Virus record (IMG/VR): IMGVR_UViG_3300027777_000028
Coordinates: 34,377 to 98,376 of that record
Reading direction: 5' to 3' (one strand)
DNA: 64,000 bases
From: a virus
The position numbers were made by a program, and so were the translations under genes. Under the pieces are notes generated by a model. That model searched no databases and was not told the origin of the DNA. It worked only from the letters and a program-made list of their open reading frames with translations. How positions within the stretch are numbered: position 1 is the first letter of the stretch; every line of letters starts with the position of its first letter. Shown one piece after another: positions 20,985 to 30,318 of the stretch.

Positions 20985-21777
20985 AATAAAAATAGTAAAA
21001 GACGATATAAATAAGTTTGTTAATATACCAATTAACATGCAATGGGATTTTATGGGTCGAGACGATAGTATTTCGGAATATGAAATCGATGCGATTAAAC
21101 AAGTTACAGGTGTAGCGGCAGATTTTGAAATCGCAAGATTTGCTCATAACGTATTTTACAATCAAGATTCTGCGATAAATTATGAATTTAACTTTTATGA
21201 TGATTCACAACCCATAACCGCAAATACAGTTGGAAACTGGTCTTCATCATATTTAAATAACGGATTTTCAGTTCAAGACATTTATTATTTTTCAAAACCT
21301 TTTACAAAGTCTTTTTTCAAACTTGATTTTTATGACACAAAAGAAGAAAAAACACAACAAATATATTTGTCAATTATTCTTCCCGTTCAACAAGGATTAA
21401 CACAAACCGCAGTTTTATCACCACTTGTCCCCCCAGTTGAAATTAAAAAACCAAAAATGGTGTTAGATTATATTGGGGCAGATAAAGAAGGGTTTTTTGT
21501 ATATTGGTTAAGAAGTAGAGATTTTATTGACATATCAACTTTTTTTATGACCGCCAAGTTTTTTGATGGAAGAGAAGGAGTTTTTAAACAAATGACAAAT
21601 ACAAGACAAGATTTAATCACACCTAATAAATTCCAATTCAACAATGAGGACTATTTTTATTATAAGGTGGATTTGGATTATAACAATAAAACTTACGAAG
21701 TGTTTTCGACATCAACAACTCTTAGGGTTGGAGATTCAAACTCACCGATAATTTGGTATGAATATGTTAACCCATAA
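20953..21777 (+). CDS. Putative structural protein (true start probably ATG at 20971)
   Basis: Overlapping, coupled ORF in the structural operon. Confidence 0.6.
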   Translation: MQTQRPMNANRIKIVKDDINKFVNIPINMQWDFMGRDDSISEYEIDAIKQVTGVAADFEIARFAHNVFYNQDSAINYEFNFYDDSQPITANTVGNWSSSYLNNGFSVQDIYYFSKPFTKSFFKLDFYDTKEEKTQQIYLSIILPVQQGLTQTAVLSPLVPPVEIKKPKMVLDYIGADKEGFFVYWLRSRDFIDISTFFMTAKFFDGREGVFKQMTNTRQDLITPNKFQFNNEDYFYYKVDLDYNNKTYEVFSTSTTLRVGDSNSPIIWYEYVNP

Positions 21778-22952
21778 TGGAATTACAAGAATATAAGTTT
21801 ATTGTTTCACCAGAAAATATCAAAAGTGATATTATTTTTGTTAATTATACAGGTGAAACAGATATTACAACAATTATTGATCCGTGTTGTTTAACGGCAA
21901 CAACCACAAGTGCGACAACAACAGGAACAACTGGTGTTTATCTTCCTATGTCGTATGTTTTAAGTGGAAACACAGGAGGAACTTCATTTTTAACAGGTTT
22001 ATCTGTTAACATATTGATAACAGAGTCTGCGGTTGATCTTGGATATTACACTCCCTTTGATGGTTTAATATTACAGGCCGACGTATTAAACAATTTTATT
22101 GTAACCGCAAACACAATAAATCCATATACTTACACATTTTATAATACGTCAGATTTAGAGTTTATTAAGTTTTTACAACTTGTTACATACACATTAGATT
22201 GGGGAGATGGATCACCACCACAGGCGGTTTTGGGAATAACACCTATTTTTCATACGTATCCTACGGCAGATAATAATTATACGATAACCTTGACTGCCAA
22301 CTCGCCTTGGGGAATATCAAAAGTTCAAAAACCGGTTTTAACACCATATAGTGCCGCTACAATACCAAACCCACAAGGATCAATAACTTTTTATCCTGCT
22401 GGTGGATCGTGGTCTGCTAACCCAATAAGTTATGACTATATCTTTACGGGAGATTCAAATACAAACATCAACGACTACTATTCATACAACTACACTTCAG
22501 TTCCTTTTTTAATTACAGGTTTTACAGAATCAACCTTAAATGATTTGGCACAATTTGGACCAAAAATTAATTTGGCAGGAGGAAAATATAAATTGGGAAT
22601 ACAAGTAACAGGAAACACAGGAGGTATTGGTACTTACTATGGGGTTGATCCAACGGGAACTTATAGCGCCTACACAATGAACGGAACGATTTATCACGAT
22701 TATGAAAATTTTACAATTTATTTTACAGACTCATACGGATTAGTTCCTGGTGAATTAGAATTATCAGCAATAACAAAAAATGAAGCACTATTGAATGTTA
22801 TTGACCAACCAGAAATTATAACTAATGTTTATATTGAAAGGGGGAAATACACACCTTTAGAAAATGTTATGAGATTAGGTGAGGTTGATAACATGGGTGA
22901 TTTAGAAAAATACGGATACAAATATTTTACAATAGAAAAAGTATCAACATAA
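21777..22952 (+). CDS. PKD-domain structural protein
   Basis: YTLDWGDGS...HTYP...NYTITLTA PKD signature; Thr-rich. Confidence 0.7.
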   Translation: MELQEYKFIVSPENIKSDIIFVNYTGETDITTIIDPCCLTATTTSATTTGTTGVYLPMSYVLSGNTGGTSFLTGLSVNILITESAVDLGYYTPFDGLILQADVLNNFIVTANTINPYTYTFYNTSDLEFIKFLQLVTYTLDWGDGSPPQAVLGITPIFHTYPTADNNYTITLTANSPWGISKVQKPVLTPYSAATIPNPQGSITFYPAGGSWSANPISYDYIFTGDSNTNINDYYSYNYTSVPFLITGFTESTLNDLAQFGPKINLAGGKYKLGIQVTGNTGGIGTYYGVDPTGTYSAYTMNGTIYHDYENFTIYFTDSYGLVPGELELSAITKNEALLNVIDQPEIITNVYIERGKYTPLENVMRLGEVDNMGDLEKYGYKYFTIEKVST

Positions 22953-22979
22953 CTATTTATAAAAAAGTAATATTAAAAT

Positions 22980-23885
22980 ATGGCAACGGGAAATTATGGC
23001 GTAATAAGACCTTCAGATGTTAGTCCTGAAGATGTACAAATCGTGTTAGTTTATACAGAATCAAGAGATGACACACAAAATTTTACATTAACAACTTTGA
23101 ACGCACAAGACGTTCTTAGACCTTATTTTAATAATAATGCCACGGGAGGAAGTTCAGTAGAAATACTTGGTGGTTTATATAATCTAAAATTACCAGCAGA
23201 CCAATTCAATAAATTGGGAATCTATACTTTGATGATTAGACCTGCAGAAATTAGAACAATAATTACTGATTGTGGTGTTTTATCTGCATTACCAAACGTT
23301 AAAGGAATTGTAATTGATTTGAATAATGTTCCGGCACAAAGTCGAAACAAATTTGTAAATCAAGGATTAGTTGGATTTAGAGTTGAATATTTAAATCCTG
23401 ATGGAACAAAAATACCAAACTTTTTTAGAATTATCACATCATCTTTTTATTGTGAACCTGTGGTTCAAAACCTAACAAACACAATTCAAAAATCTATTAG
23501 ATATAAATATGTTGAAGGAGCAACTAACTTGTTATTTTGCACATTGTCTCCGTCATCATCACCAACTAATAAACCAAGTGCGACCCCTTATATTGGACAA
23601 CCAAACCAAAGTATTATCATTACAAACACATACTTTAATCCAATAAGTACTGAGATTGAAATTGTTGACCAAGACATTTCAACACTTGCAATTGCTCTTT
23701 ACGGAAACCAAACTAAATCTATTGAGGATGGTATTTACACCATTTACGATGCTAATAACAATATATACAAACAATACAACTTGTATGAAATTAAAGATCA
23801 GTTTAACGCTCTTCTTTATGAAGTTAGACAAGATCGTGGCGAAAATATCGATTTCTCAAAGGCGTTTAATAATATAACAGCTTAA
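22980..23885 (+). CDS. Putative structural protein (301 aa)
   Basis: Preceded by TATTTAT and coupled to the next gene. Confidence 0.65.
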   Translation: MATGNYGVIRPSDVSPEDVQIVLVYTESRDDTQNFTLTTLNAQDVLRPYFNNNATGGSSVEILGGLYNLKLPADQFNKLGIYTLMIRPAEIRTIITDCGVLSALPNVKGIVIDLNNVPAQSRNKFVNQGLVGFRVEYLNPDGTKIPNFFRIITSSFYCEPVVQNLTNTIQKSIRYKYVEGATNLLFCTLSPSSSPTNKPSATPYIGQPNQSIIITNTYFNPISTEIEIVDQDISTLAIALYGNQTKSIEDGIYTIYDANNNIYKQYNLYEIKDQFNALLYEVRQDRGENIDFSKAFNNITA

Positions 23886-26872
23886 TGGCAACAAATAAAT
23901 TTACTTGTCCACCTCAAAGTAGTGCGGCAAATCAATTCTCTAACAATTTGGTTGGAGTTCAGTTGGTTACCGGTGGAGGATTAACGCAAGCAAATTTTAA
24001 TTTTACAACAGGTATTTCAGAAAAACAGAATCGAACTTTTACGATTGGAACTTTTTCTGACCCTATCAATTTGCAGTCCATGAATATGGAAAACAATATT
24101 GAATCTGCAGAAATTTTAGCCAACAATTATAGAGTTTATCCAAATTACGATTTATCACAAGTTACAAACTTTACACAATACGGATCTTTGGTTAAAAGAT
24201 TATCAACTTCAGTTACAAAGATCATTAACTTTTTTCCTGCGGGATTGGAAGTTTCTCCAAGTACACCAAAGTTCATAACACAAGAAACCGCAATCAACAT
24301 TTCATACGACTCGGTAGAAAACGACACAACATTTGAAGTTTATTTATCATCAATTCAAAATCCATTTGAAATTGATTATTCTACCAATTCAGAAATAAAC
24401 ATGATGTTTAATGAAATGGAAGTTTCTCCATTACGAAATATGAAATTACAATATAAAAAGTATGTTTTATATGTTAATGGAAATCAATACCCTGTAAATT
24501 ACTTATACCCAACAGATAGTTCATCAACAACATTAAAACTTATTGTAGACGGAAACCCATTTCAAGGAAACCAAATTTCTTATGATTATTTAATTGTTAG
24601 ACCAAGCGATTATGAAACGAACAAAGTTTTTAATTTAGATTTTGATCCGGTCGAAAACTTTTTATTAAATAGACAAATTACACCTGCATATACCGCAACA
24701 TTTACCGTACCTGTGGAACAAGAAAACGGGACATTCATTTTGACCAACGACACGGCAACTTGGCCAAGAGCAGGATTTTGGAATTTGGATATTAGATCTG
24801 GTTCTTTTGACAATTATTTGACAAAAATTAATGATTTTGCATATAATATGGATCAATATACCACAAATATTGTATCTAGATTTTTAACAACAGGTGCTCT
24901 TAAAGAATTTGACACACCTGATCAAAGGTTTGAAAAACTACTTCAAATATACGGAAGAAGTTTTGATGAAACAAAAACATTTATAAGTGCTTTAGGAAAC
25001 ATCAATAGCATTCATTATACAATTCAAAACGATATTCCTTCACAATTATTAAAAAATTTGGCACAAACATTAGGTTGGGTTACGAATTTTTCACCAATAT
25101 CTAATGAAGAACTATTACAGGCTGTGTTCACAACTCAACCAAATACTTTTCCTGGTCTACAAATAGGACAAACACCAGAGGAGATAAATTATCAGTTTTA
25201 TAGAAATTTAATTCTAAACTCGGCATATCTTTTCAAATCAAAAGGGACAAGAAAATCTATTGAATGTTTATTAAGAATGATCGGAGCCCCTGAGGCAATT
25301 ACCGAATTTAATGAATATGTTTATCTTGCCGACCAAAGAATTAATATGAGCGAGTTTAATCAACAATACGCTCAAATTAGTACTGGTACATTATTAACAC
25401 AAATTCCCGTTTATGATACAACCGATGTTTATTCAATTCAGGGAATTTCATATACAGGATTTACAACGACATCAACAAATACAAATGTTCTAACGACAAG
25501 AACCGACTATCCTGTTGATGAATTTGGTTGTCCTAAAATGCCAACACCAACAGAAACATACTTTTTTCAAATAGGAGGTGGATGGTTTGAATCGACACCA
25601 CAACATAGAATGCCTGAATTCGCAGTTCCGACAAATGCGGTTTTTACAGGAAACAATCCAAATTATCAAACACAACTTTTACCTTTTAATTATGGTGAAG
25701 AGTATTTGCAAGTTTATAGACATTTTCCTTATATGGATATGGGTTTTAAATTAAGAAACGTTATTGACAACAAAAAAAGTTGGGTAGACACAAATTCAAC
25801 TTTGAGAACAAGTTTTGATGGGGGATTTAATTCATATTATAATGTTGGAGAAGAATGTTTGGTCTTGAATGTTAAAAATGTTGATATAATGATGAATCCA
25901 GCTCAAGGGTTGGCTTATGATGTTTGGTATATGTCAAACAAATATAATTTTCCAATACCAGAACAAGGATTATTTTATCAACCACCTTCCCCATGTTATG
26001 TACCGAACCCATATCCAAAATTAGGTGGGGTTGATTGGACCACAATTGTTCCAAAACCAAAACAAAAAACTTTCTTTGAATTTGCTCAAACTTTTTGGCG
26101 AAACATGATCAATACAAGAAATCGTCAATTTATTACTGATGGAAAAACAGGAGGTTACCCAACACTACAATCAATATATTGGAGATATTTAGAATCACAA
26201 AAATTAGCAGGAGTGCCAAATGACAACTTTACTTATCAAACTATGATTGATTATGTAAATGGGATGGGAGATTATTGGATTCAAATGATTGAACAAATGG
26301 TTCCAGCAACAACTATTTGGAATACGGGAACAAGATTGGAAAATTCAATATTTCATAGACAAAAATTTGTGTGGAGAAGACAAGAAGGTTGTAAGTTTCT
26401 TCCAATTCCTTGTAAACCTTGTAATCTTACAACACAACTATATGTCTTGGATTGTCCGGTACAACAAGTTACTTGTGGTTTATATCCCTGGTCTACTGAT
26501 CCAAACACAACATCATTTGGTATTGTTTTGGCTCAAACTATGTTAGATTTCTTCACATCACAAGGGTTAGATCCAAATAATTGTCAAATAAATACTATTG
26601 TAAGTAATTGGTTTGTTGATGTGAGAGTGAATGGAACAATATTAACACAATATGGTTTCTTTGAAGGTATAGGAACAAATGGATTCCCAACTAGTAGTCA
26701 ATGGGTGACGGCATTATCCGAAGCTTTCGATGGTTTACTAACCGATGGGTATAGTTATAATATTGATGAAACGGATCAAGAGATTGTCGTATTTAATAAT
26801 AATTGTCAACCAAATTTTGACGAACTCCAAATTAATGTTGGAATAAACTTCGAGGTGTATTGTAACGGATAA
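23885..26872 (+). CDS. Baseplate wedge protein with P2 gpI / T4 gp7-like core
   Basis: LLKNLAQTLGW...YLFKSKGTRKSIECLLRMIG...EY motif. Confidence 0.65.
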   Translation: MATNKFTCPPQSSAANQFSNNLVGVQLVTGGGLTQANFNFTTGISEKQNRTFTIGTFSDPINLQSMNMENNIESAEILANNYRVYPNYDLSQVTNFTQYGSLVKRLSTSVTKIINFFPAGLEVSPSTPKFITQETAINISYDSVENDTTFEVYLSSIQNPFEIDYSTNSEINMMFNEMEVSPLRNMKLQYKKYVLYVNGNQYPVNYLYPTDSSSTTLKLIVDGNPFQGNQISYDYLIVRPSDYETNKVFNLDFDPVENFLLNRQITPAYTATFTVPVEQENGTFILTNDTATWPRAGFWNLDIRSGSFDNYLTKINDFAYNMDQYTTNIVSRFLTTGALKEFDTPDQRFEKLLQIYGRSFDETKTFISALGNINSIHYTIQNDIPSQLLKNLAQTLGWVTNFSPISNEELLQAVFTTQPNTFPGLQIGQTPEEINYQFYRNLILNSAYLFKSKGTRKSIECLLRMIGAPEAITEFNEYVYLADQRINMSEFNQQYAQISTGTLLTQIPVYDTTDVYSIQGISYTGFTTTSTNTNVLTTRTDYPVDEFGCPKMPTPTETYFFQIGGGWFESTPQHRMPEFAVPTNAVFTGNNPNYQTQLLPFNYGEEYLQVYRHFPYMDMGFKLRNVIDNKKSWVDTNSTLRTSFDGGFNSYYNVGEECLVLNVKNVDIMMNPAQGLAYDVWYMSNKYNFPIPEQGLFYQPPSPCYVPNPYPKLGGVDWTTIVPKPKQKTFFEFAQTFWRNMINTRNRQFITDGKTGGYPTLQSIYWRYLESQKLAGVPNDNFTYQTMIDYVNGMGDYWIQMIEQMVPATTIWNTGTRLENSIFHRQKFVWRRQEGCKFLPIPCKPCNLTTQLYVLDCPVQQVTCGLYPWSTDPNTTSFGIVLAQTMLDFFTSQGLDPNNCQINTIVSNWFVDVRVNGTILTQYGFFEGIGTNGFPTSSQWVTALSEAFDGLLTDGYSYNIDETDQEIVVFNNNCQPNFDELQINVGINFEVYCNG

Positions 26873-29058
26873 TGAGTATATCAATTTATAATTTAAACGT
26901 AACGGGAGATTGTAGTAATACAAATTCAGGTAGTGTATTTTTTAACATTACAGGAACAACACCCCCGTTTGCAGTTACCTGTATTACCTCTGGTTGTCCA
27001 TTACCAACATCAGCAGCCACATTAAGTTATTCGGCATCAAGTTTATCAGCAGACACTTATTTTTTACAAATTATTGATGGGGCTTCTAACTCTTATTTAC
27101 AATCAATTTACATATCATCAGGAACAACCGCCACGATTGATTCATTAAATACAAGTTGTGGTTTAGAAAACGGAGAGATTACAGGATTTACTTCGGGTGT
27201 TTATGGTATTGCAACATTTACACTTTATGATGGGGATGATAATTATGTGAGTTCTGCCACAACACCAAACTCAAATTATGTATTTACAAGTTTATCGGCA
27301 GGAACATATTATATTGTTGCTAATGACGGAGGTGGTTGCACAGGAATTACCGCATCTGTCATTTTAACCCCATCAACGGGACTTACATTTGGGGCATATG
27401 TTGTAAATGACGGAAGTTGTATAGGAACTCCAAGTGGAAAAATATTTATAACGGGATTAACACTTCCTGTTTCAGCATATACAATAACTTGGTCTCCAAA
27501 TGTCGGATCACAAACAGGAACAACAATTACAGGATTAACAAGTGGTGTTTATTTGGCGACCATAACAGATCCTAATAATTGCACGACAACAAATTCATTT
27601 ACCGTAAACTCTGTTGGAGCATTAACTTCAGCAGGTTTTATAACAATATCTCAACCAACTTGTTTTTCTAATAATGGGTCAGTTGAGTTTATAATAACAG
27701 GGGGGACTGCTCCATATTTTTTTAGTGGATCATCAGGTCAAGTTGAAATTACTTTTAATGACTCGGTTATTTTTACGGGACTTTCTTCTGGTGGTTATAG
27801 TTTTTTAGTCACAGATGCAGGTCTTTGTACAATTTATGATTCGGTTTCTTTATTAACACCAAACTCGTTTAGTACCGTTGCTGTTAATACAACACCATCA
27901 ACTTGTTCTGTAAATGACGGAACAATACAAGTAATAGTTGATAATGGTTTTGCCACAGAACCAAGTTTATTAATATCAGTGTCTGGTACATCAGGAACAC
28001 AACAAATTGGAACATTAGGAAACCCAAGTCAAACATTTTATGGATTACCAAACGGAACTTATTTGGTTATTGTTGAAACGGCAGGTTGTACATACACTGC
28101 AACAACAAATATAACGTCTATTAGTTTATATACCGTAAGCGCAACAACAACAGGAACTACTTGTGGGTCAAGTAATGGTGTGTTACAAGTTTTAGTGTCC
28201 ACTGGTGGAACATTACCTTATTTATTCACATTAGTTGGACCTTCTTACGCTCCTGTATCAACAACAACACCTGTAGGAACATTTACAAACCTTAGTTATG
28301 GGAATTATGTTCTTACGGTACAAGATTCAGGATCTCCTTCGTGTATTCAAACATTTCCTGTTTATATTAGTTATAGTCAAAATGTGTTTTTCAATCTTTA
28401 TCCCAATCAACCATTCAACGGAAATGACGGGTCAATAACCACAATTATTACATCAGGTGAACCTCCATTTACTTTAACGTGGTCTGGTAATGTTTCAGGA
28501 CAAACAGGGTCTACAATAACAGGTTTAACATCAGGATCTTATTCATTAACCGTAACAGATTCTAGTGGGTGTACGTTAACAAAAACCATAAAGTTATCGG
28601 GAACAAAAAAATATAGTAATTACAGATATTATAATATTTGTGAAAACACATTTGAAGATAGTGGAACAATTACCAAAAGAGATATTAGATCTATGTATTT
28701 GGAAGGATTTTCGGATCTTACAAGTGGAGATACTAATTGTATAATAAATGACGCGACATTTTCAATATATGCTCAAATCGGATCTCAATCTGCTCAAACT
28801 CAGTTTTTTGTTTCAACAGGATCAACCGATTATCCAAGTGATTCACTTTGGGCACAAACAATTACAAACACATTAGATTCGTTTTTAGGTATATCAGGAA
28901 CAACGGTTGATATTATATCAAATAGAATTACGGTTAAAACAACATGCGAAGACATACCAAAAGGATGTATAATTGAACCAATAAATCCATTACAAGATAA
29001 TCAAATAATTGTAAATCTAATTATTGATTACGACATATCTTGTGTTTCGTGTTCTTAA
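26872..29058 (+). CDS. SprB-repeat tail appendage / fibre protein
   Basis: Repeated C...NG.I...TGGTAPY...W...ITGL.SG.Y..TVTD..GC units. Confidence 0.75.
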   Translation: MSISIYNLNVTGDCSNTNSGSVFFNITGTTPPFAVTCITSGCPLPTSAATLSYSASSLSADTYFLQIIDGASNSYLQSIYISSGTTATIDSLNTSCGLENGEITGFTSGVYGIATFTLYDGDDNYVSSATTPNSNYVFTSLSAGTYYIVANDGGGCTGITASVILTPSTGLTFGAYVVNDGSCIGTPSGKIFITGLTLPVSAYTITWSPNVGSQTGTTITGLTSGVYLATITDPNNCTTTNSFTVNSVGALTSAGFITISQPTCFSNNGSVEFIITGGTAPYFFSGSSGQVEITFNDSVIFTGLSSGGYSFLVTDAGLCTIYDSVSLLTPNSFSTVAVNTTPSTCSVNDGTIQVIVDNGFATEPSLLISVSGTSGTQQIGTLGNPSQTFYGLPNGTYLVIVETAGCTYTATTNITSISLYTVSATTTGTTCGSSNGVLQVLVSTGGTLPYLFTLVGPSYAPVSTTTPVGTFTNLSYGNYVLTVQDSGSPSCIQTFPVYISYSQNVFFNLYPNQPFNGNDGSITTIITSGEPPFTLTWSGNVSGQTGSTITGLTSGSYSLTVTDSSGCTLTKTIKLSGTKKYSNYRYYNICENTFEDSGTITKRDIRSMYLEGFSDLTSGDTNCIINDATFSIYAQIGSQSAQTQFFVSTGSTDYPSDSLWAQTITNTLDSFLGISGTTVDIISNRITVKTTCEDIPKGCIIEPINPLQDNQIIVNLIIDYDISCVSCS

Positions 29059-29061
29059 GTT

Positions 29062-29286
29062 ATGGCAAATCAAGTAACCATATATACCATTTCAGGTTTA
29101 ACAACCCCATTTAGTGGATATTGTTGTGATGTATATGGAAATCAATGTTCTTATATTGGAATAATTAGTAGTTTACCAACAACAATAACATTACCAATTC
29201 AATTCAACACAGCCCCTGCGATAGGATTAAAACTAATCAAAGATAATGGATGTGAAAGAATAGAAACAATTAACTGCACCTCATAA
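29062..29286 (+). CDS. Small Cys-containing protein, paralog of 37431-37649
   Basis: Shared pattern Q.TI..ISG..PF..Y.CD....C.YI...P....LP.........K..D/N..C. Confidence 0.7.
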   Translation: MANQVTIYTISGLTTPFSGYCCDVYGNQCSYIGIISSLPTTITLPIQFNTAPAIGLKLIKDNGCERIETINCTS

Positions 29287-29320
29287 TACACTTGTTTTAA
29301 GTTTTTCATATAATTAAAAT

Positions 29321-30301
29321 ATGAAAGAAATTTTATTTGTTTCGGCACAACCTGACGTTCCTTATTTCATTTGGCAAATTAAATTATACGTTAACAATTT
29401 TATTGAAAACGGAATCGACCCAAGTCAAATTCACGTTGTGTTAGGACTTGTTCAAGGAAAAACAAAACCATCAAAAGAATCTGAAGAGTTAAAAAACTTA
29501 AATATAAATATTCATTATTTTGTTGACGAAAGAATAAAAAAACATTACATCCCGTCAATAAAACCATATTTAATTTCAAAATGGATTCAATCAAATACAA
29601 AGTTTGGTGAATTATTCTTCTTACACGATGCAGATATTATTTTTAGAGAACTACCGAACTTTGATCGGTTGTTGAACGATGATGTGAATTATTTATCTGA
29701 AACGATTGGATATATTGGATATAATTATATTATGGATTGTTGTGATAGATATGAAAATCGTCATCCATCTTCAGAAAAAGGTCAATTGATAAAAGAAATG
29801 GCCGGAGTTATTGGTATTGATGTTGAAACAATAAAGTTAAACCAAGAAAATTCTGGTGGTGGTCAATACCTTATAAAAAACACAAGTTGTGAGTTGTGGG
29901 ATAAGATATATAAAGATTCAACCAAACTTTATGATAAAATGATATCATACCAAAGAAGATTTCCAATATCCCCTGGTGAGATACAATTTTGGACAGCAGA
30001 GATGTGGTCCGTTCTTTGGAATTTGTGGTTGTATAATCATCAAACAAAAATAACAAAAGAATTGGATTTTTCTTGGGCAACAGATTCAGTCGATGTGTAT
30101 AATTCTAAACCCATATTACATATGGCAGGAGTTACTGAAAACCTTAAAACTACAAAATTTTATAAAGGGGACTATATTAATATTGACCCAATAACAAAAC
30201 TTAAAGAAACTCCTAATCATTTTGACTATGTCGATGTTAAGAGTTCAACAATTAAATATATTGAGAATATGAAATCTTATATTAAAAAATACGATGTTTG
30301 A
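29321..30301 (+). CDS. GT-A fold glycosyltransferase resembling plant peptidyl-Ser galactosyltransferase / Hyp O-arabinosyltransferase (GT96/GT95-like)
   Basis: YIPSIKPYLISKW, DxD in FLHDADIIFR, WTAEMW, ILHMAG; no signal peptide. Confidence 0.65.
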   Translation: MKEILFVSAQPDVPYFIWQIKLYVNNFIENGIDPSQIHVVLGLVQGKTKPSKESEELKNLNINIHYFVDERIKKHYIPSIKPYLISKWIQSNTKFGELFFLHDADIIFRELPNFDRLLNDDVNYLSETIGYIGYNYIMDCCDRYENRHPSSEKGQLIKEMAGVIGIDVETIKLNQENSGGGQYLIKNTSCELWDKIYKDSTKLYDKMISYQRRFPISPGEIQFWTAEMWSVLWNLWLYNHQTKITKELDFSWATDSVDVYNSKPILHMAGVTENLKTTKFYKGDYINIDPITKLKETPNHFDYVDVKSSTIKYIENMKSYIKKYDV

Positions 30302-30318
30302 TTATTTATAATTATTAG

